Assembly (NCBI GenBank): GCA_051530055.1
Contig: CM121343.1
Coordinates: 962,389-1,026,388 of the forward strand
Origin: Neoechinorhynchus agilis
Taxonomy: Eukaryota; Animalia; Acanthocephala
DNA: 64,000 nucleotides
Reading direction: 5' to 3'
Under the pieces are notes generated by a model, which searched no databases, had not been told where the DNA came from, and saw nothing but the letters and a program-made list of their open reading frames with translations. Each line of letters begins with the position of its first letter. Positions within the stretch are counted from its first letter, which is position 1. Positions 11,158 to 20,365 of this stretch are shown in pieces. Both the position numbers and the translations under genes were made by a program.

Positions 11158-12934
11158 TTCAACACTTCCCTTAGCTCACTAGTAAACGACCTCTTCGTTT
11201 TATTAATGAAGCCATGGCGGATGATGTATAGTATGGAGCTGTTTAGGAGCTTAGCAAGTCGCAATCGGACTCCTCCTACTCGAGATATAAAGATGAAGTT
11301 CCGAAAAGGACCGAGAGGCTTTATAACTGCAAAGACGGATGATGTCTCATCAAGAGACAACTATCTTAAAACTCTAATATTTCTTGCGTACGATCAGATC
11401 ATTAATTATTTATTCGAGATGCTTAAACGCTCCTATTCATCGGCGCTGGCCAAAATGCTAGCCGCATTGCCCCGCTGCACCGCAATGCTTATTTTTTGCG
11501 CCAAGAACGACGTCGATCTTTGCTCTCCAGTCGCTGCGTAAATTCGTGCCAGCGCTGATGAATAGGAGCTTGGAATTGTCAGTGATAAGAATTTTACTGT
11601 CGGTTAACGGTTTATTTTTGTCTCAATAACAATAATATGTCCAAGTTATCTAAAATTCAAATGTCTCTTTGTACTCCCGATTTAAACAATCTAACGATAA
11701 AGATAATTTTTTACGGCAAAAATTAGTTCGTTGCCTTCTTGTCTTTTTTATAACTTAATGGTTCATTCATTTTCTTGATTGAGGATTTATCAAGTACTTT
11801 AATATTACTTATCTTGCCGCTTTGTAGGTTCCCGGCCGTTTCTGCATGTTGCCTCCTTTTCTCTTTTGGTTTTTCCAGCTTCATATTCTCCATAGCTTTT
11901 TGCATCTTGTTCACATCTTGCTGAGTTATTTCTAAAATATATTGCATTGGATTGGCCATAGTAGCTTCTCCGGCAACCATTTCCTCGACAGGTGATTTCT
12001 CATTTCTTTCATTTAATATCTATTATTTTTATTCATTAATGCGTTAAAACGGAAGGTAGGTTTTTGCTTACTTTCAAAACATTTTCAAATGAGTAATCAA
12101 TGGATTCGTCAAGACCTTGCTCGAGAGCTTTTTGTCGCAATAATTTCATCTTTTCCAATGCCCATAATGCCATGTCTTTAAAGGTCGCTTCGCTATTCGG
12201 CTAAAGAAGAAGATAAAAGACCGAAAACCTAATGATTTTTACTGATTTTTCTCAAAAGGATCAAAAACAACTGATACTTTATATCACTTTTCTTTAGCAC
12301 TCTAAATTATCATCAATATTTTTGTAATGTATTTTGTTATTAGCTATTTTGAAAAATCGTTGTTAAAATTAACCATTGGGTGATTGTAGCTTTAAACTTT
12401 TAAATATAAAAAATTAAAGTACTGGTTAAAGAATGGTCCCTTCTTATGGTCACCATTTTGCCAGGAAATTTTATGTATTTCTCTTTGGGGATTTCGCCTA
12501 AAAGCCCGCAAAGTTACCGCCGAGCAGCACTCTCCCTTCGCTTGCACTCACCGAATCGTCTTCGAGGCCAGCTCGAACCAATGTTTTTTTAATGTTCATC
12601 ATCAGTATGTCCACAAAATATTTGACACACTGTTCTATATTTATATGGTCCATTGCATTTATTCGCTCTTCGGTTTTTCTCTCATTTTCTAGCACTTTAT
12701 CTGCCACACTGGACAGTGAAACAACCAAAATGAGTAGAGTATTGTTTAAAAAAAGTCTTACATGTTCCTAAGTTGCTCAAAACATTCGCATGTCGCATTC
12801 TTGCCATTGTCTTCATATCTCCTTTGTTGAACGTTTAATTCGGTTTCTATTCTGTCTTTTGATAGAAACTGGCGAAGCAACGCTCGGTTTTCCTGTGTCT
12901 TATCCAACTTTTGCAACAATTTATTTGGTGAGAA
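11158..12934 (-). repeat. Right arm of ~1.78 kb inverted duplication (mate 3507-5281)
   Basis: Reverse complement of 3507-5281; inner end ttcaacacttccc at 11158, outer end ggtgagaa at 12934. Confidence 0.95.
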
Positions 12935-13880
12935 CTATACGATAGAGGTTTTGGTGTACATGAGAGCGCCGGAGATTAAACTAAAAACGCAAGTCAAAGG
13001 TCTTTTGCTCTACACATTAATTATCCGTTTGCAATAAATCGGTACCACATATTCTCTTAGAGGGACCCATCGGAAATCTAACAATTTTAATTTTGCTAAG
13101 GAGATATTTACCTCAAGATCCGGATCGATGCCATTATGGGCCAAAAGTAAGCTCATTTCATGGCTAAGTATTTGCTGTGTCAATGATTTTGTTGGACGTT
13201 CGTCTAAACATTTCCCGATTAAAATAAGCAATTGCCGCATATCATCCACTCTTACGTTTTGCTTCAAAGTTATTAATTTTGTGATTGGCTACAAATCTCA
13301 TTCTTGCGGTCACATCTCTATTGGCCAAGTCTTCAGCAATTTTCAGTTGTTTATCATTTTGTTCGTTGACCGTTACGGCGTTCGTCGTTTCTATCAAACG
13401 CTTTTCAAAATCTGATTTCAATTTTGTGTACTCTTCCCATAATCTTGAATTGTAATTTATAAGGTCAGACATCTCTTTCTCTTCTTGCATTGAATCTTCT
13501 TCACTTAAAATCTCCTCCCTTGCTGAAATCTCACTCATTAAATAAGATGTTGCCTGATTGTTTAACGAAGAGTGAAAACTACACTAAAACTGAGAACTTC
13601 TACTCACCGATTCAATGACACTTTTCAATCTTTCCGTGAAGTTAACGGCGTTACTTATAAATTGACATCGGGATCCACGTGATAATTGGTACCGCCCGTT
13701 TTTTCTACCACGACGCCTATGCCTTCTTGGAAAAGTATTCTCGCCGCGGACGTTATTCTGAATGTTTCGGACGAGCTGCGAATCTTTCTTCGTTTCAACA
13801 ACGCAATGTTTTAATTCTTTACTTCTAGATCTTAGTCTTGTTAATTTCTGTACTTGATCCGCAAATGTACTGTTCAGCAA
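11723..13880 (-). CDS. Unidentified multi-exon coiled-coil protein (boundaries approximate)
   Basis: A chain of open exons with GT-AG signals: LNSTFADQVQKLTRL...VIES|gtgagt; MSEISAREEIL...; KQNVRVDDMRQLL...PDLE|gtaaat; acceptor cgtatag|TTCTCACC at 12935; ...KRPLKDMALWALEKMKLL...NVLK|gtaagc; last exon ...KKDKKATN*. No family recognised. Confidence 0.45.
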
Positions 13881-13979
13881 ATTGAGGACTTTCTATATGC
13901 AAATTGTGATATGTTTGTGAAAGTTCAAAAGAACTAATGGTTTATCAGAACTCGAGTTACTAATGCTACTTTTTAATCA

Positions 13980-14830
13980 GGGACGTTTTTAAACCAAGTT
14001 CCCGTGAATGGCCTCAGACAGTCGATCTGGGACGGACCTCTTGTCGCGAGAGCTCACAGCTCTCTTCTTTCAGGTTCTCGCGATGGGGTCGTCCGAGCTA
14101 GACTGTTGGCAGTTTCAACACGAGAATCTGGGGCGTGGTTGGAGGCTGTTCCTCTGGCATCTGTGGGAACTCTTCTTACTGACGAGGTGACGAGGATCGC
14201 AGTATCCTTAAGACTCGGTCTCCCGATATGCACGCCCCATCGCTGTCGATGTGGGTCTTTGGTTGATGCTTTCGGGCGACACGGTCTCGTCTGCAGAAGG
14301 TCAGCAGGAAGGTTTTCACGCCATTCTGAAATCAATAACGTAATTTCTCGGGCGTTGAGAACGGCGAACTTCCCGAACATCCTGGAACCCGCCCACCTCT
14401 GCAGACTAGACGGCCGTAGGCCCGATGGAATTTCGGTCTTCCCGTGGCGGGAGGGCAAATGCCTTCTCTGGGACGCCACGTGTGTGGACACCCTCGCAGC
14501 CAGCAACATCCCCTACTCCCTCGAAATCGCCGGTGGTGCCGCCAGTGCAGCGGAAGGGAGGAAGGTACGAAAATATATGCAGCTATCGAGGGCTCACTAT
14601 TTTGTCCCCTTTGGGGTAGAGACGTATGGAGCGCTCGGCAGCTCGGCACTCTCTCTGCTCAAGGATCTCTCGAAGAAATTGAGAGAGGCAACCGGAGACT
14701 CAAGAGCAGGCTTATTTCTTCGACAAAATATCTCGCTGGCAGTACAACGGGGCAATGCTGCCAGCGTGATGGCGACGGTCGAGGAAGGACAAAAGCTGGA
14801 ATTTGGTGGGAGGTGGTGAATGTAAAGAAA
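13980..14830 (+). mobile_element. 5'-truncated CRE-clade non-LTR retrotransposon (CCHC knuckle + RLE endonuclease)
   Basis: ORF 14004-14819: CRCGSLVDAFGRHGLVC zinc knuckle, RRPDGISVFPW...WDATCVDT and KVRKY RLE motifs, FVPFGVETYG, QRGNAASV. Confidence 0.9.
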
Positions 14831-16459
14831 AGTAATTAAGTTCAGGGTAAACAGGGCGCAATGGCTTTTAAAAAAATCATAATTGACAAAACTTTCGAAC
14901 AAATGATTCTCATCTCCAAATTATTTAATCGTCGGATTCCATTTCTTAAGTATTTACATTCTTATGGAATTCCACGAATTTTAGGTCCCTGAAAGCCGTG
15001 TAAAATAATCTAATTAGTGCACTAGACGTGCAACGTCTATTTCATTTGCAATTCGAAAGCGAGGTACTATATTTTCATATCCACAAGATTCTTTAAAGGT
15101 TCATCTACTGTAAAATCCAAATTCGTGAAAAAAAATCGGAACTAGGCATTAAAATACGACCCACCAAAAACAATTTCTTGAACATTTTATTCATGTTATT
15201 AAAATTTAGATCTAAAAATGTTTACCTCATATCCGGATATTGGTTTTATATGTTTCATATCCAAATCACTTAAAAGGATAGCAATGTCTTCGGCCTACAA
15301 ATCATTTTAAATTCAACGCATCATTCTAGCGCGTGATTTCACTTACGCTTTTTAATCCGAAAAATGGAACACAATCTTTATAAATGGCATTCTTCTTTTC
15401 GATTATGGCATTTCCGCTAATCAATTTTTCCTTTGTTAACTCGCTTTTCTTTTCGGCTCTACTCAACTCGATTTCTATAGACGATAACAACTTTTATGTT
15501 CATTTTTAATAAACAATCAATTACCCTTGTCGTCCAGAATCAATTTGGTCAAATATTTCTCATCCTCCAAATTTATTTGTTTTCTGTGTACAAATCCTGA
15601 GATATTCTTGCTTTTTTCAGCAATCTTCATTTTAGCCAAATTGACCATTGTCAGAATTTTATCGTAGTAATTTTAAAAACTAAGATCGGTTACCTAGGAA
15701 ACACTTTTAAAGAGTAAACCGTCGTTGGCATTTTAAGAACGCAACTTAGAAATAATGAACTTTCTCAAAGTTTTAATGCCGTCTTTAAAAAGAATTTATG
15801 AGCGCAATTTCTTCATGAAGAGAGATCAAATCGCAAAACGAAAGGGATAAGTTAGATAAGTGATTTGGAATAATAAGCGTTTATTTATATATTTTAGATT
15901 TTGATCACTGAAGGCTCTGTTGATTTCAAGAGAAAATGCTTTAAAAAGTATCTACACAGTTCGATGGTTTCTCCGAATCGCGTGTGTTTAGCAAACGGAC
16001 TAAAAAGGGACATTTGAATTTTAATAAACTTCAGCACATTGTTGTTATTCGAGAATAAATAAACCGTGAATCAAAAGTAAAATTCTTATCAGCAAAAATT
16101 CCGAATACGTAAAATCACCTCTGAAACGGTTAAACAATTAAAGTTTATGCATCTTCTTTAATTTCTCGGATTTATGAAATTCCTCCGTTTTCGATAATCC
16201 CCCCGATGAATTTCTTTTTGGCAAAAATGCGAAGAACTTTTGAATCTCCATTACACTTCGTCCCAAAATATTCTTGAATTATTTTGCATTGCGGCGTACC
16301 TTCTATTTCAACCGTCTTAATATCTTGAAATGTAGCAAAGACAAAGGACATTTTTTGCTTTGGATGGAAAACGGGCAATACTTCTTGTTAAAAACAACTA
16401 CTTTGGTATTATTAATAAGATTCTTGACCAATTGTTTTGAAAATACGATTTAACATTCC

Positions 16460-16742
16460 GACTTCATAGCAAGTTTGTGTTTGCTTGCGATTTCTTGGTT
16501 TTGCGTAACATCGAAATCAATTTACCATTTGTGTTCATTTTATTAAGATCCAATCACCCGGCTATACATTTTCCATTGAGAAATATTCTCGGCATTGTTC
16601 GGTTGCCATCGCAAATAGTGGTTATGTGATTATTTATCTATCTGCAGTTTTCGATTTGATTAAATTTAATGATATTTTCATCTTCGATTTGACATCGATT
16701 TAATACGTTCTTAACGACGTACGAAGACATGCCAGGCTCTTA
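16460..16742 (-). pseudogene. Glutaredoxin pseudogene
   Basis: Translates SYVVKNVLNRCQIEDENIIKFNQIENCR*INNHITTICDGNRTMPRIFLNGKCIAG*LDLNKMNTNGKLISML; RTMPRIFLNGKCIAG matches the Grx RTVPRIFINGK.IGG motif; two in-frame stops; CPYC site not intact. Confidence 0.65.
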
Positions 16743-17330
16743 TTAAACCTCAAGACATTGGAACTTCCCGGCGAGAGAAAAACCAGGCATAAGACAAATC
16801 ACGGATTCCAGAAAATGCAGATAGTTTAGTCGCTGTTGGCCCGAATCGGCAAAAACAGTTTCCACCAGGCGTTGAAATTTCGTTGGAATTAGTAGAAGGC
16901 GGGATATTATCGGTGAACGAATACCTAAGAATTATTAAACCATTGATCGCTTGTTGTCTGTGTAGAATTGGTGGCTATCTAGAGGCCTCCCAATAAATTT
17001 AAAATAAATAATATACCAATACTAAAGAACAGTTCTTTTTGACGAATGATATTAAAGTCAAAAATCGGATTTTAAAAAATGAAATACCTCGTGCCTTTCG
17101 AAACGAATTAAAATAATCTCCGCATTAATTTAGTTTTTTACTAGAAAGCAAACTAAACGCGAATTCGCTTTGTAAATGAAGCGACGCCGAAACACAAATG
17201 AATGATCGAAAAGGAAGGGGAGGCTTCAAAACTTTAAAGACGGATGATATCTAATCAGAAGCTTGTTCGAAGCTAACACGGCGCTATCCCTGAGCCGATG
17301 AACTGGCTGAGTTTGACATTTCGTAGTTGT

Positions 17331-17402
17331 GTCGAGGTGGTCAAGTGGACTAATGCCCGTGATCCCGATTAGGGGTCAAGTGGTTCGAATCCGTTACCAC
17401 CA
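17331..17402 (+). promoter_or_regulatory. tRNA-like sequence with Pol III internal promoter (A and B boxes)
   Basis: A box TGGTCAAGTGG 17338-17348, B box GGTTCGAATCC 17382-17392; T arm AGTGG/CCGTT, anticodon-like arm GATCC-CGATTAG-GGGTC, stem GGTGGT/ACCACC; D arm and variable loop are non-canonical, so not called a functional tRNA. Confidence 0.6.
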
Positions 17403-17419
17403 ATGACGCACAGCCAAAG

Positions 17420-17485
17420 GGGACGAAATACCGCTGAAGGGAGGAAACTCACTGATGAGTCCCGCCTCCTCGGGAGGTATCTGAG
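17420..17485 (+). ncRNA. Candidate non-circularly permuted hammerhead ribozyme, copy 1
   Basis: GGGAC-GAAA-TACC ... CTCA-CTGATGA-GTCCC ... GGTA-TC-TGAG: stem II GTCCC/GGGAC, stem III ATACC/GGTAT, stem I CTCA/TGAG; predicted cleavage after C17481. Confidence 0.65.
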
Positions 17486-17879
17486 GATCCGGAGGAATGT
17501 ACAAACTCTTAACCGTGCATTAGAGACTATGTGGTTATATCACTTCTCTGATGTAATTGGTTTGGCTTTATGCCTAAATAAAATCAGCCGGACAAGAAAG
17601 GGATTGTCTAAAATTGAAGTATCTTAACAATTAGCAATCGGATTCGTGCTGCTTGAGATATTTAAATGAATGCTTGAAAAGGTCTGGGTGGCTTCATAAC
17701 TTTAAGGACGGATGATGTCTAATCGGGAGCTGGTTGGGAGCTTAGCAAGCCGCAATCGGATTTCCCCTGCTCAAGATAATCAGATGAGTGCCCGAAAAGT
17801 AAGGGGAAGCTTTATAACTTTAAAGACAGATGATGTCTAACCGGGGCAACTTTCTTATTTAAAGTTTTAATATTTCGTT

Positions 17880-19670
17880 ACAAAAATAAACGCGCGAGTA
17901 TTACTTCTAATAATACGTTTATTTGTAGGTTAATGAAACAATGGACCCATGTATCTGTGGGTCCTTTGAACACTAATGCGCAGAAGAGATTGTGAGGTTT
18001 TGAGGTTGGGTCTTTCCTCCGGTTCAAGATAATTTAAATTTTCATGCCAAAATTTAATTTTGGTTCCAAACAGACCTTGAACGTGGTTTCGTTTTTGTGG
18101 TTGAATTATTTTGGTCCGTTATTTGGCTTTTGATTTTGGTTGGTTTATTTATCAACACGTTTTATAAATTTAAGAAAAGCGCGATCCACACACTTGCCAG
18201 CATCTATCTTTCCTGAAGGTGTCTGGATGTCGGATGTTGAGGTAAGGGAGGTGGGACTGGTTTTTGAAGGGGTGTTGATGTGGGATCGGAGGCTTTGTAA
18301 GCGAGATGACAGATTAAGTCTTTCCTTGTTCTCCGGTTATTAAGGAAAGATTGGGCTTGGGGGAGGCAAGATTTTTGGTAGAGGGTGGTACGAGCGAGGG
18401 ATGAAAAAGGTTGGGGTTACGGGTGTTTACGAAGGAAGAGTATTTAGAGATAAAAGAAAATTGGGGAGGGGGTTGAAGAAGACGGAGGACGTTTTTGGAG
18501 AAAATGGAGTGGAGGTGGGTGTCGAGGGGAGGGAGTGAAGTCCCGAATATTCTCTCTGCTCTCTTGTGGAAGGTCTCGAGGGAATGGAGAGCATTGACGG
18601 AGAGGGGGAGGAAAGTGGGGGAAAGCGTATGTAAGGATAGGAAGGATGGTAGAAAGATAAAAGTGAGCAAGGTGTTTAGGGGATACGCCGAGATGCCGGA
18701 GGAGTTTGAGAAGGTAAAGACGAGGGTTTGCTTTTGAGAGGGTAAATGAAATGTGGGTATCCCATTTAAGGTTTTCTTGGAAAGTCAGGCCCAATATTCG
18801 GAGAGAAGAGGAGCGTTAAATGGGGAGAGGGAGAGGCGCGGGGATAAGGTTGCGTTTGGAAATGTGGGGGAAAAGCTCAAAAGATTTGGACAAATTTAGG
18901 AAGAGGTTTAGGGTGGAGAGCGAGGAAATGAGATGGGTGATCTCGTCCATGGTTGTGGAGAGAGAGGGAGAAGCGATGGTAATGACTGTGAGGTCATCTG
19001 CATAAGGAAAATATTTGGTAGAGGGAGCGAGGGGATGGAGGTCATTTAGAAAAATGTCAAAGAGGAGAGGGGAAAGTACGGCGCCTTGGAGGACCCCTTT
19101 AAATACGGGCAGAGAGGAAGAACAAGAAGTTCCACATTGGATATATTGTTTGCGGTTGGAGAGGAAAGAGGAAATCCAAGCGAGTTGCCAGATTGGGAGG
19201 CCAAAGGAAGCACATGATTGGAGGAGAAGGGAGTGATCTACCGACTCGAAGGCCCTGGAAACATCGAGTTGCACGAGACAGACGGTTGATGCTGGACTGG
19301 AATCTAAGCTGCGCACAAGCGTATCGTAAAAGCAGAGGAGGGCATCAGAACAAGAGTAATTGGGACGGAAAGCGAATTGGGAAGGGGAGATGTTTTTGAG
19401 GAAGGGAAGTAGGCGGGTTTTAAAACATTTTTCTAAGATTTTAGAGAACGTTAAGAGGATAGAGATGGGACGAAAGGATGTGGGGGAAAACGGTTTATCG
19501 TTTTTGGGAAGGGGGACGACACGGGCTTCCTTAAGACACGATGGGAAAGAGCCCAGTAGAAAGCTAAGGTTCGTTATGTGCGTTAGAGGATCGATAAGTT
19601 CCGGGATGATGAAACGAATGGCCCAATTTGGGATAGTCGAATCAGGGGATCCGACGAATGGAATAAGCTG
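17880..19670 (-). mobile_element. L2/Crack/CR1-type LINE, 5'-truncated ORF2 (RT) and 3' UTR
   Basis: PLPK...SFRPISILLTFSKILEK, QFAFR, DVSRAFESVDH, GVLQGAVLSPLLF, YADD; post-RT LGLTFQENLKWDTHI...KANPRLYLLKLL; 3' stem-loop GGACCCA-CAGATACA-TGGGTCC at 17943-17964 followed by AATAAA. Confidence 0.85.
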
Positions 19671-20365
19671 ATGCATACCATCAACGGTAATCCGGTCTAC
19701 GTTCCTTATCTGCCATTGGCTTACCAAATGTATGCAATTTACCATTTTTTAATCCTATGGAACACTGCTTGATTATTCAGGCGCATTGTTTAATCTTTTC
19801 CCCCTTTTATTTTGTTTGACAATCGGCGCACTGATTTATTAGTCTTTTGTTTTTCCAAGCTTTCGCCGATTAACGGCCTCTTCAGGGATCTACAATGGTG
19901 AAGTGGAGAAGTGAGACTCATAACAGTGACATTGAAGCGGATAGCTCGTCCCGTTTGTTGAGCGATTCCCGAGGTACTTTACTCGCTTCATCGGTGACGG
20001 ACCCATTATCGCTTTCCCTACCTACCGCCCGGGATATCAATAACGCCTCGGCAATCGAGAGCTCTACGGGGTCCCGTGCCACAAACCTGACCTGGGTGAT
20101 AATCTCTACTTTCCCATCACGGTGGAGCTCCGCTTGGTGCTTTGTCCAGGGTGTGGCTATGTACGATTTTGCGTCCAGATTTAACGCGCTACGAACGTGC
20201 TTCGTGATACGTTGACGTAAGGGCCGTTCCGTTTTTCCAATATAAGTGACCTTGCGATTAGCATCGTTCAGGCATCGCTTGCACTCCATCTCATAGACAA
20301 CGTTGCCTCGAGTGCAAATCCAATTGCGTCCTCCATTTTTCAAGGTCCTTCCCGGAGCATAGGCG
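19670..20365 (-). mobile_element. Inverted terminal arm (pLTR-like) of the Penelope-like element, carrying an intact GIY-YIG endonuclease segment
   Basis: ORF 19918-20343: CTRGNVVYEMECKRC...YIGKTERPLRQRITKH; 19793-19925 is the reverse complement of ~23698-23830. Confidence 0.85.
19847..19895 (-). ncRNA. Minimal type I hammerhead ribozyme (Penelope-associated)
   Basis: TTGT-AGA-TCC-CTGAAGA-G-GCCG-TTAAT-CGGC-GAAA-GCT-T-GGA-AAA-ACAA on the minus strand; same motif as 23727-23775. Confidence 0.7.

Larger units (their letters stand above)
17150..17845. repeat. Degenerate relatives of the 118-bp satellite (opposite orientation), interrupted by the ribozyme element
   Basis: 17150-17285 and 17634-17845 align with the reverse complement of the monomer (ggaggcttcataactgtaaaggcggatgatgtataatcggtagctgg); similar diverged units at ~5090-5260 and ~11180-11350. 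Confidence 0.7.

Noticed and set aside
17331-17402. Functional tRNA gene
   Set aside because: G at position 33, 1-nt variable loop, and D arm and acceptor stem mutually incompatible; kept only as a tRNA-like promoter.
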